Source of the DNA: a virus
Taxonomy: Duplodnaviria > Caudoviricetes
IMG/VR virus record: IMGVR_UViG_3300048589_000132
Coordinates: 1-41,539 of that record
Length of the DNA: 41,539 nucleotides
Strand: one strand, 5' to 3'
The notes beneath the pieces were generated by a model. It was not told the DNA's origin. It made no database searches and saw only the letters and a program-made list of their open reading frames with translations. Positions 17,203 to 25,658 of the stretch are shown here, in pieces. Position 1 is the stretch's first letter. Every line of letters begins with the position of its first letter. Made by a program: the position numbers and the translations under genes.

Positions 17203-17886
17203 TTAATAGTTGCCTATGCTTCTTGGTTTATCCGCGCTGACATAACTGCCCATAGCATAGTGCTGGTTGACGTGTGGTGTATTTTCCCATCCCATCTCCT
17301 CGTTGATGATTTGTTCGGCTAGTGCTTTCTCTTCCCTTCCCTCGTCGCGTTCATCCTCGGACATTAGTAACTCGCCGCAAGCATCACGCGCTAGAGCTTC
17401 TAGGTTCACACAATACACACTATCCGTTGTTGATGTTCTCTCGGGCGGCAGCCAAAAATAAGAATAGGTAATAGTCACTCCGCTTTCGGGCGCGGGATTG
17501 ATATACATCTTCCACAGATCATTAACTGAGTCGTACCACTGATAAACCATACGAGAGGAGTTGTTTTCGTTATAGAGTTTTTTAAATTGGTGATAATCGA
17601 CAACATCATACCGATTGCTCTCAAGTGTGCCGTCAACAAATACTTCACTAAGACCCTTGAGTCGTGCTGGATTGGTTGCAGATCCAAGCGTGTAACTGTT
17701 TACTCCGCTTCCTGTGGTTGTCTGATTGGGAAGTATAAATAATTGCCACAATAACCTGCGTGCTATTGATTGTTCACTTCTACTGACTGCTCGCACTCTT
17801 CTTGCGCTAGTGTCGGTAGTAGATTCACCACGATAGTCTGAAACCATCTCTAATATGTCTGCGACTGTTGCTTTGTATAAGGTCAT
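17203..17886 (-). CDS. Head-tail adaptor / tail tubular protein A-like
   Basis: Size, position just upstream of the nozzle gene, YINPAPESGVTITYSY motif. Confidence 0.65.
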   Translation of the reverse strand: MTLYKATVADILEMVSDYRGESTTDTSARRVRAVSRSEQSIARRLLWQLFILPNQTTTGSGVNSYTLGSATNPARLKGLSEVFVDGTLESNRYDVVDYHQFKKLYNENNSSRMVYQWYDSVNDLWKMYINPAPESGVTITYSYFWLPPERTSTTDSVYCVNLEALARDACGELLMSEDERDEGREEKALAEQIINEEMGWENTPHVNQHYAMGSYVSADKPRSIGNY

Positions 17887-17970
17887 AAATAAAAAAAGAC
17901 GGGTTCTACCCCGCCTGCACTGCTTTAGTGATCGACTGATTCAAATTAACACTTTGCGATCAAAAGTCAA
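17887..17970 (-). promoter_or_regulatory. Promoter-leader-terminator element, copy C
   Basis: TTGACT-16 bp-TAATTT, AGTC-GAT-CACT-aaagc-AGTG-CA-GGC, terminator GGCGGG-gtagaa-CCCGTC-T7, then ATTT-ATG. Confidence 0.8.
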
Positions 17971-18021
17971 TTGTCCATCAATAGGTATGAATTAGCGGCC
18001 GATGGGGAGTTGATTTACAAT

Positions 18022-18049
18022 CCTGATCTGATTTTAAAATCCGGTCAGG
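18022..18049. promoter_or_regulatory. 28-bp imperfect palindrome upstream of the restriction endonuclease gene
   Basis: CCTGATCTGATTTT|AAAATCCGGTCAGG, 12 of 14 positions complementary, covering a TAAAAT -10-like hexamer. Confidence 0.55.
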
Positions 18050-18055
18050 TGCCAG

Positions 18056-19021
18056 ATGAAGCAAGTTCTACCCAAACTGCCTCCACTACTCGATAGGAAA
18101 ATTTATAAAACTGGACAGACCCGAGGGGCTGATGATGACGTTATCTACCAAAATCGTGTTGGTAGAAATTCAACCGTCTTAATACCTTACTACTTTTGGG
18201 GACAGCCTTCTCTTTTTCCCGATGATGGATTTGTAAACGGCTATATTGTCTTGATCAGTCCCAAGACATATTTCGATTCTCCGTCGAAACTGATTGAACA
18301 AAATCTTGTACTTGGACAAAATTGCATCGTCTTTTACGAAACCAGATCGGACTGGGAGTTATACAACCCCGAAAAACTTGGATGGATACCAGCACAAAGC
18401 AGAATAGCCCCACTGGGAGGGCATTATGTTGCCAGAATCCCAGCCACTACAGCAAGAGCACACGGTGAAAAAATCAACCGAGGATTTACATCCACCAGTG
18501 GCAAGGGCGCGGGTATCAGACTTTACGAATATGCAAGTACGTCAGTTATAGCTAGCTGTCGTCTACAATTGGAGGCGATTTTTTGGCTATGCTTCAATTC
18601 GGTCGAAACCGTTAGTAGTAACGGAATGAGCAGGGAGGCGGCAGAACATCGCAAAAAAACTATTCTCAATAACTGCCGGCAACTAAATCTGCTTGATATA
18701 GAGCAACTAACCCAAGCAAGAATTTTGAATAATCGGGGCAATACAGTTTGCCCTCTTTGTCTGGATGAATTATCGGGAACGGGATTTTTAAACAGACTAA
18801 TTCAGGCAGAAGGCCGTGACGTGCCAGACCTTACGGTAACGGAAATAAATCTCTTTCATATAGAAGAATTGAGGTACGGAGTCTACAACCACAGGCCGTA
18901 CAACTTGGGATGGGGCCATCATCATTGCAACGTGGTTACAAAAGATGATGGTGTGATAAACACACTTATCTGGATGAAGCGAGTGCTTGAACGAAACCGC
19001 GAATTGGGGTTTGAAAGTTAA
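18056..19021 (+). CDS. Type II restriction endonuclease, BstXI-like (HNH-type)
   Basis: N-terminal RKIYKTGQTRGADDDVIYQNRV.RNSTVLIPY as recalled for the BstXI family; CPLC...LFHI...HRPYNLGWGHHHCN; convergent with a methyltransferase. Confidence 0.75.
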   Translation: MKQVLPKLPPLLDRKIYKTGQTRGADDDVIYQNRVGRNSTVLIPYYFWGQPSLFPDDGFVNGYIVLISPKTYFDSPSKLIEQNLVLGQNCIVFYETRSDWELYNPEKLGWIPAQSRIAPLGGHYVARIPATTARAHGEKINRGFTSTSGKGAGIRLYEYASTSVIASCRLQLEAIFWLCFNSVETVSSNGMSREAAEHRKKTILNNCRQLNLLDIEQLTQARILNNRGNTVCPLCLDELSGTGFLNRLIQAEGRDVPDLTVTEINLFHIEELRYGVYNHRPYNLGWGHHHCNVVTKDDGVINTLIWMKRVLERNRELGFES

Positions 19022-20091
19022 AAAAGCCTCGTCTGATACTGTTCCAAGGTCATTGATTTTGAAACGTAGTTGTTGGGGAAAATGGTGTAATCTTTATCGC
19101 TTACAAACTCTAGTACTCTTGCGATCTTTTTGCACCACTTTTCCTCGATTTCTATTGAGACTGACCCCCTCCCCAATTTCATGGCCGCAATTGCAGTTGA
19201 ACCAGAGCCAGCGAAGCAATCTAGCACAATATCATCGGGATAAGTTGTGGCTGCTATCGCGTGTTCTAATAGAGCTATTGGTTTTTCTGCCGGATGTTTC
19301 CCACTATAAGGTCGGATATTGGGAAACGTCCAGACATCAATGAACTCTTTGGTTTTATCTACATTGAAAGGGCGCACAACGTCTTGGTAGTCCGGCATCT
19401 CCATTCCGCTGACTTGCTTAATTGCCTTTCTTAATTTCTCGTATTGTTCTACGCTGGGGACATTTCTACCCGCCTCCCAGTTGGAAACGGCTCCTCCATG
19501 ATTAACTTTTCCGTGCGCACCTATCATTTCAGTCAGGGATTTACAGGAAAGCCCCGACTTTTTTCTGTATTCCCTTATTAAGTTGCCGAAATATGACCTG
19601 TAAAGATTCCCATGTGTGGCTGGTTCAGTAAAGATGATCCTTTCTGAGTGGTCATACCACTGTCTTAGAGCATCCTTACTCATTTTCTGTTTCCAGCCGT
19701 CAAATCCTGGTTCGTTCGGTTTTGTCCAGACAATGTGAGAAAGGATATTAAAATCACCAGAAAATACACCCTCCAATCTTCCGGCCATTGAGGGGGAACA
19801 GAAACAGAACATCGAGCCGTTTGGCTTTAAAATTCTGATCCATTCTTTTGAGTACTGAGCCATCCATTCAAGGTAATGCTCGTCCTCTTTAAATGCTGTG
19901 TCGCCGTAAATATTTTTCTTGCCGGTTGTGTGATATGGCGGATCTGTGAGGATCAAAGAGACAGAATGGTCTGGAAATTTTTTAAGCACTTCCAGCGAAT
20001 CGCCCTCATACAAGATACCTCTAGGTGTCACACAATAAGGCGCTTGATCAATATTCGCAATTAACTCATTTAGTTTTACTGGGGTGTCCAA
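19018..20091 (-). CDS. Beta-class N4/N6 DNA methyltransferase with an inserted Xre-type HTH
   Basis: DPPY motif, HPAEKP, DCFAGSGST; internal LIREYRKKSGLSCKSL...AVSNWEAGRNVPS HTH. Confidence 0.9.
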   Translation of the reverse strand: MDTPVKLNELIANIDQAPYCVTPRGILYEGDSLEVLKKFPDHSVSLILTDPPYHTTGKKNIYGDTAFKEDEHYLEWMAQYSKEWIRILKPNGSMFCFCSPSMAGRLEGVFSGDFNILSHIVWTKPNEPGFDGWKQKMSKDALRQWYDHSERIIFTEPATHGNLYRSYFGNLIREYRKKSGLSCKSLTEMIGAHGKVNHGGAVSNWEAGRNVPSVEQYEKLRKAIKQVSGMEMPDYQDVVRPFNVDKTKEFIDVWTFPNIRPYSGKHPAEKPIALLEHAIAATTYPDDIVLDCFAGSGSTAIAAMKLGRGSVSIEIEEKWCKKIARVLEFVSDKDYTIFPNNYVSKSMTLEQYQTRLF

Positions 20092-20136
20092 TCCTAATCA
20101 ACCCTTGAAGTGTTTTTAGTACATATATTCTACCAC

Positions 20137-21402
20137 TTATCTCGCAAACGGTATAAATCCACTCCCCAAGAAGTCTTTGATTACTGTAATTGATCCTGCT
20201 GTATAGGTGGCGTAGATGGATAATTTTTGCGTTTTGCTTCCAGACGCAACTAGCCAAGGGCTCTCTGGAGAAGCATATTTGAAAGAACCAGAGCTATATG
20301 CTTCACTATAACCTGCCCTAGCAGTTACGGTGTCGTAGTCTAATGTTATAGACTCGCCATCGGCAATCTCTGATGAATTTGTTTCGGCATTTAAAATATA
20401 ATCAACTGCACTTATTGATTCTCCACCAGCAGTAAAATCTGTAAATGCGGCTTTGGCAAATGTGGTATTTGCCACTTCGACAACAGCAACCTGCCCGTGA
20501 TTTCCCGAACCTCCACTGTCTTTTGTATTCAAAAATACTTTAATATCTCTACTCGCAGTAGAATTAAATACACCCGATATTTTATCTAATGTTCCAACCG
20601 CTCCTGCATAAATATCACCAAGTCTTGATTCAGTCCAAGTTTCAAACATATCGTTTCTGCCTGCAATTCCTGCACTTGAGCCCCCATTTGTCGTATACCC
20701 AAACGTAGGATCAACCACCACTGGGTAGACAGCATTGTCCAAGAACTTTTGATCTACAGTTACGGTTAGAATCCCCGCTTCTACATCAACATTCAAATCT
20801 GCGTAAATACCATCCCCGTTAGCGTCATAAGCGAATGGTCTGTAGATGTGGAAGGCTTTACCAGCCTTGTATTCCATTCCATCGGCTCGGTTCATTCCAC
20901 CCTTAGTCTTGTGATAAACAGCGTAAGAACCAGCCACATCATCGGGTCTTGAACCGCCCTCGTCTATTTCCTTTTGTGTAAGTTCGGGTTGGTAGAAGAA
21001 GTCCAGTCCTTTGGTTTGGAGCGTGAACTCGAACTTGTTTGTGTCGGGTTTTTCTTTTAGGAGTAGCTCTATCTCAAGTCCGCCATCTTCCAACCCCTCT
21101 TTGGGATCAAGGTCGTAAGCACGAAACTCGGTCTTTGGTTTGACATACTTGATTACTTTGCCCTCAGTCCTTATCTGAGCTTCGCCTAGCTCTGTGTCTA
21201 CATATCTGAATGAAGCGTTAACTTCGTTGTCCCACCGCATCACCTTTACTTGAGGTAAAAAACTGTCTGGAGTTTTGGAGTCACCGATTTCTACTTCGAT
21301 TCTGTCCTTGGGGTTCGACTTCTTTTCCTGAATAAAAGTGTTATCCCGCTTTTCGTAGTTCTGCGAGATTGTGTTTGAAACTCTGTTTGGTATCTTTGCC
21401 AC
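20137..21402 (-). CDS. Putative virion structural protein
   Basis: Located in the tail region; YPVVVDPTFGY linker followed by a Gly/Ser/Thr-rich beta domain. Confidence 0.55.
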   Translation of the reverse strand: MAKIPNRVSNTISQNYEKRDNTFIQEKKSNPKDRIEVEIGDSKTPDSFLPQVKVMRWDNEVNASFRYVDTELGEAQIRTEGKVIKYVKPKTEFRAYDLDPKEGLEDGGLEIELLLKEKPDTNKFEFTLQTKGLDFFYQPELTQKEIDEGGSRPDDVAGSYAVYHKTKGGMNRADGMEYKAGKAFHIYRPFAYDANGDGIYADLNVDVEAGILTVTVDQKFLDNAVYPVVVDPTFGYTTNGGSSAGIAGRNDMFETWTESRLGDIYAGAVGTLDKISGVFNSTASRDIKVFLNTKDSGGSGNHGQVAVVEVANTTFAKAAFTDFTAGGESISAVDYILNAETNSSEIADGESITLDYDTVTARAGYSEAYSSGSFKYASPESPWLVASGSKTQKLSIYATYTAGSITVIKDFLGSGFIPFAR

Positions 21403-21410
21403 TATTCAAA

Positions 21411-21905
21411 TTAAATTTCATATCCTACACAAGTGACAATTTGTTTACATTTCGAAATAAATTGTTCGTGTGTCAGATTCCACTTCATGTGATTGCAAAC
21501 CCCACAACACGGTTGCATGTTCCCATCAATATATCCTTTTGAGTTGTCTATTCTGTCAATTCCTGTTGCCGAACCCCCACAGTAAATACATTCACTTTTA
21601 AGAAACTCATCCATTTGTTTTAGTGTTACTTCAAAAACCATATTCTTTTTCTTTGCGTTCGCCCTATAAGTTCGTAACTTCAATTTAACGGGATCTGAGC
21701 CCTTGCCTGTACCCTTATTCCAAGATGGCTGACCTTTGTAAAATCTTCCCTTTTCAGAAAATGGTTTATGTCCCTTCTGAAACCCCTCATTTAATTGATG
21801 CCTCCTTCCCCTCTGAGCCTTACTGATCGCATCTTTCACATGTTGAGGTCTGGGCTTACTAACAGCCTTGTACCAGTTCTCAGACCTCTGGACTTTACTT
21901 GACAT
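21411..21905 (-). CDS. Free-standing HNH homing endonuclease with NUMOD-like N-terminus
   Basis: CIYCG..GIDRIDNSKGYIDGNMQPCCGVCN; ISKAQRG and FQKGH.P / FYKGQPSWNKG repeats; own promoter TTGACA(21935-40)-18 bp-TATCAT(21911-16) 5 nt before ATG 21905. Confidence 0.85.
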   Translation of the reverse strand: MSSKVQRSENWYKAVSKPRPQHVKDAISKAQRGRRHQLNEGFQKGHKPFSEKGRFYKGQPSWNKGTGKGSDPVKLKLRTYRANAKKKNMVFEVTLKQMDEFLKSECIYCGGSATGIDRIDNSKGYIDGNMQPCCGVCNHMKWNLTHEQFISKCKQIVTCVGYEI

Positions 21906-21944
21906 AAGATATGATAACAAATCTCATATCCCGCTGTCAAATCC

Positions 21945-24356
21945 TCATACTTCATAGCCGACCACGGTGCAATATACATTTCCCGCCGTGGTAGTTATGG
22001 TTAGGTCGGCTGCGTCTTCGCCTGACGCCATTGGGTATCTCTCTGTGAAACTTAGAACTACACCAGAATTGGCTGCAATTTCACCCTTCCATACAGGATC
22101 ATCTCCACCTGCTTTATCATCTTCGAGGGTTACCGTAGCTGCTGCTGAAACATTGATATACATCGTTACTACGTGCCATCTCTTACCTACTGCTGGACTC
22201 CAGATGATTCCATCTGTGGCTGCTCCCGCACTTGTGTAGTATTTGCGTGCATAGTTGGTGTGATCAGTTATGTCTCTGTCTGGCGGGGAGACGTTGACAG
22301 TCCCTCCAGCAACATCTACTTCAAGAGAAGTTGAGCCGGTAGCAACAATCAATCCACCTTCTGCGGTTAGCGAAAGAGGTGCAACATCCCCATCAGTAAC
22401 AGTATTCCCTCCAGAGTTATATACCCCACCAACCAATAAATGCTTACTTGTATTGTCTGTCCAGTCTGCATCATCTGCGTAAACCGCATCATCAAGGAGT
22501 TCAACTGCCGTCTTAATTGCCCCTGAATTAGTCTCGGTTATTGCACCGCTTGTTACAGTTACATCGTTATTGGCTCCAAGATCAACCGTTAAAGATCCGT
22601 CTACAGTTATTGAATTACCGCCGTCTTGGATATTTACTGCGGCTGCGCCACCCGCATTGTTGATCGTTACGTCACCGATATCAGTACCAGTAACCAGTTT
22701 GGCATTGATAGTGTCCAAAACAGCGTCAATAGTGTCTAAGACAGCATTATCTGTTGCAGAAAGTTCGGCGGTTACAGTTCCGTCTACAGTCAAAGATCCA
22801 CCTGCGTCTGATATTGGAAGAGGTGCAGAATTGCTTACAACACTAACCGCACTTGTCCCCGTGTTACTTTCAAACATCAAAGCAGTACCCGTAATAGAAG
22901 CATCAGTGTCACCTTCGGTATATTGTGTGCCACCACCAAAACTCGTGATCTGGTCTCCGTTACCGTCTACGATTGCAACTGCTGCGGGGTTTGAATTAGT
23001 AAGATCGAGCTGGTCTACCACCCCCACATCTCCATGGACTGTTACGGTGTCCGATGCTGAGGATAAATCACGTATGTCAAGATTTGTGGCCTGAACTGTA
23101 GTTGTAGGCATAGTTAAAACGTCAACCTGCATTTCGGTTCCGCTTATGGCGTTATCGATGATCTCTACAGCCGTCTTAATGGATGATGCTGTCGTTTCCA
23201 GTGCGAGTGCTGAAGTGTTTAAGTTGGTGCCAGCGTTAGCGGTTACTGTTGAAACTGGTGTAAGCGTGGTCATTTGTGCTGCCGTTAATACGACTGGCAC
23301 TGAAGCTGCTGCTAAAGCCTGACCAAGTGCGGGGGTCTTGGTGTCTATCGAGCCGAGAGAGGTTTCAATACCGTCTACATGACCGATAACAGTTGTAAGG
23401 TCTGCGTCTATGTTGTCGAGTACGGCATTGTCAGTTGCACCGAGATCAACTGTTCCAGTAACTGTCACATCATTGTTTGATCCAAGATTTACCAATAGTC
23501 CATCTGCTACAGTTCCTTGTAAGGGTTCGATAGCATCCCCTGCAACCTCCATCATTGCTACCGTTCCTGTTATAGAAGCATCTGTTGCATCCTCGGTGTA
23601 TTCAACTCCACCGCCACCGCCAGTTACTGTTAGTGTTCCCTCAACTGCTGTCTCAATGGCTGCTGTTGAAGCTGCTATTGCGTCTAGTACTGCATTGTCG
23701 GTAGCTCCCAAGTCGGCAGTTACTGTGCCGTCTACTGTGATAGCCCCACCGTTATCATCCACACTAACAACACCAGTAGAGTTGTTAGCAATAGTTACCC
23801 TTAGAGCACCTGTTTCAGTTCCACCGCCGACTACCGTTCCGAAGTCCGTGTTGGTTTCTATTGTGGGTAGATTGCCAGTGTCTGTGTCGATTGTTCCCAG
23901 TAGTGTTTCAACGCCGTCTAGGTGTCCAATTACCGTTGTTTGATTGGCTGCCGTTGAAGCTCCAGTGGGTAGTGCGGAGCTAACCACATCGACCTGCATT
24001 TCTGTACCGTCAACTGCTCCAGCAATTGTTGTTGTATCGGTCTCAATGGCATCAAGTACGGCATTGTCTGTTGCGCTTAAATTAGCCGTGACTGTTCCTG
24101 ATACCGATTCTGTGGTTGATCCAGTTTCTACAAGTATCTGTAACTTGTCGGCATCTGCCATTGAAGTTGTGTCGTAAGTGAGGGTTAGTGTTGTTCCAGA
24201 AAGTGTCCCGCCCTTGGTTGCATCTGCAAAATTGTAGATGATTATGTTATCAGTGACATTCGTTATTAGCTGTATTGCCTCTAAACTTGTAAACAAATCA
24301 CAATCAATCGTCTGTTCTGAAGCGTCAAATGTATATGTAGTTGCTCTTACTTTCAT
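21945..24356 (-). CDS. Long repetitive acidic tail-fibre-like protein
   Basis: 803 aa, Thr/Asp/Gly-rich; four L(S/G)ATDNAVLD repeats, two EMQVDV, two YTE..TDASITGT. Confidence 0.65.
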   Translation of the reverse strand: MKVRATTYTFDASEQTIDCDLFTSLEAIQLITNVTDNIIIYNFADATKGGTLSGTTLTLTYDTTSMADADKLQILVETGSTTESVSGTVTANLSATDNAVLDAIETDTTTIAGAVDGTEMQVDVVSSALPTGASTAANQTTVIGHLDGVETLLGTIDTDTGNLPTIETNTDFGTVVGGGTETGALRVTIANNSTGVVSVDDNGGAITVDGTVTADLGATDNAVLDAIAASTAAIETAVEGTLTVTGGGGGVEYTEDATDASITGTVAMMEVAGDAIEPLQGTVADGLLVNLGSNNDVTVTGTVDLGATDNAVLDNIDADLTTVIGHVDGIETSLGSIDTKTPALGQALAAASVPVVLTAAQMTTLTPVSTVTANAGTNLNTSALALETTASSIKTAVEIIDNAISGTEMQVDVLTMPTTTVQATNLDIRDLSSASDTVTVHGDVGVVDQLDLTNSNPAAVAIVDGNGDQITSFGGGTQYTEGDTDASITGTALMFESNTGTSAVSVVSNSAPLPISDAGGSLTVDGTVTAELSATDNAVLDTIDAVLDTINAKLVTGTDIGDVTINNAGGAAAVNIQDGGNSITVDGSLTVDLGANNDVTVTSGAITETNSGAIKTAVELLDDAVYADDADWTDNTSKHLLVGGVYNSGGNTVTDGDVAPLSLTAEGGLIVATGSTSLEVDVAGGTVNVSPPDRDITDHTNYARKYYTSAGAATDGIIWSPAVGKRWHVVTMYINVSAAATVTLEDDKAGGDDPVWKGEIAANSGVVLSFTERYPMASGEDAADLTITTTAGNVYCTVVGYEV

Positions 24357-24739
24357 AGTGCAGTTGCGTAAGCGATAGCCAGTACCTCTGATATTCCACC
24401 AGAAGCTATGGTTTCAATTTTGTCATAGACTGCGTTTTTGCTTGGTGCTACGTCTGTAACACCGTTCCATCCAGCACCATAAGCTGCGTCTGAAATTGAT
24501 GCACTTGCTCCCGTGGCTCCTGTATCGCCCTTCTCTGCCAGTACCTGCCAATATGTTGTATTTGTAGGAACTGTCCCCGCCGCCGCATCGTTAAACATCA
24601 CGTAAGAAGAACCATTGTAATCAACAGAATCACCAACTGCGTAATCCGTTCCAGCTGCGTATGCACCCTTTGGCACTAATCCACCAGTAATATTTGTGAT
24701 ATTTAGTGGATCGATCAGTTTGACTACTTGAAATCCCAT
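24353..24739 (-). CDS. Virion protein with a CBM5/12-like motif and short collagen repeat
   Basis: KGAYAAGTDYAVGDSVDYNGSSYV...YWQVLAEKGDTGATG. Confidence 0.65.
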   Translation of the reverse strand: MGFQVVKLIDPLNITNITGGLVPKGAYAAGTDYAVGDSVDYNGSSYVMFNDAAAGTVPTNTTYWQVLAEKGDTGATGASASISDAAYGAGWNGVTDVAPSKNAVYDKIETIASGGISEVLAIAYATAL

Positions 24740-24740
24740 G

Positions 24741-25076
24741 TTAGCTATAAGTTAAAGCCGTTAAATCAGTCGCTACGTTATCAAAGGAACTATCTCCGTC
24801 TGCCCAAGTTAGCACGACCCCGCCAGACGAATCGATCTTATACGCTTGCCACTTGGCCGTAGCTTGTGCTGTACCAGGAGCAGCGACTGCGACATAAGTG
24901 ATAGTTCCAACAGTTGTGACTTTCAATGCAGTTGAATCTGCTATCGACCTTTGTACATTTACGCCATCATATCCAAGTGGCTGTACAACTGGAACTTGAA
25001 ACTCTGGATCAAACCCAAGATTCTCAATATGTGGTATCGAGTAGGGTTTGGTGTGTTGACCTGTATTTACTGCCAT
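24741..25076 (-). CDS. Putative structural protein
   Basis: TYVAVAAPGTAQATAKWQ...WADG pattern; in the structural operon. Confidence 0.55.
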   Translation of the reverse strand: MAVNTGQHTKPYSIPHIENLGFDPEFQVPVVQPLGYDGVNVQRSIADSTALKVTTVGTITYVAVAAPGTAQATAKWQAYKIDSSGGVVLTWADGDSSFDNVATDLTALTYS

Positions 25077-25573
25077 ACTTTGTAATTTTCCATCTCTTCT
25101 AGCACTGTCTTGTTGATATCCTTTGTCGTCTCAAGAGTTGCTAGTTTCATAAATACTTTCTGTCGTTTGTCGTCGTCCTTGATAAACGATAAGTCTCTCC
25201 AAGCATTTATGACCGAACTGAGTCGCTTGATAAAGATATCGGGTGCTACATTCTCGGGTAACCCCATGTCTTCCTTCAGACTGTTCAATTTCTTTTTAAA
25301 AGCGTCTACTGTCTCGTCTTGACCTTCTTTGTTTAATATCTCGACTACATACCTACGTATATCGTCAAGCGACTTCTGATCTTCCGATTCAATCTCGCTT
25401 GCGTCATCTGATAATCCAAGTGCTTCTAAAACGATATTTCCAGCTCGTTCTTCCTTAAACTCAATCGGCTCAATTCCCTCAAGGTTTATCTCTGCTCCGT
25501 ATAGGTTCGGTTCGACATCTTCGCCCACTGGAACTGGCGGTGTTGGCGTGCTCGATCTAAATACGGTACTCAT
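25067..25573 (-). CDS. Hypothetical protein, first gene after leader copy D
   Basis: ORF starts directly after the repeated leader element. Confidence 0.65.
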   Translation of the reverse strand: MSTVFRSSTPTPPVPVGEDVEPNLYGAEINLEGIEPIEFKEERAGNIVLEALGLSDDASEIESEDQKSLDDIRRYVVEILNKEGQDETVDAFKKKLNSLKEDMGLPENVAPDIFIKRLSSVINAWRDLSFIKDDDKRQKVFMKLATLETTKDINKTVLEEMENYKVWQ

Positions 25574-25658
25574 AAAACAAAAAAGCCAAGTTTCCTTGGC
25601 CTGCGACTGATTATCGTTCAGCTATCTAGGGTATATCATTCGTAATGGCTCGGGTCAA
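25574..25658 (-). promoter_or_regulatory. Promoter-leader-terminator element, copy D
   Basis: TTGACC, TGaTATACC, AGCT-GAA-CGAT-aatca-GTCG-CA-GGC, terminator GGCCAAG-gaaa-CTTGGCT plus T run, then GTTTT-ATG. Confidence 0.75.

Noticed and set aside
21967-24177. Several plus-strand ORFs (up to 177 aa) opposite the fibre gene
   Set aside because: Antisense shadows expected from the Thr/Asp/Val/Ala codon bias; no RBS or recognisable motifs.
8710-24739. Diversity-generating retroelement or invertible tail-fibre cassette
   Set aside because: No reverse transcriptase or invertase in the window, and no template/variable repeat pair noticed by eye; a self-alignment would be needed to exclude it fully.
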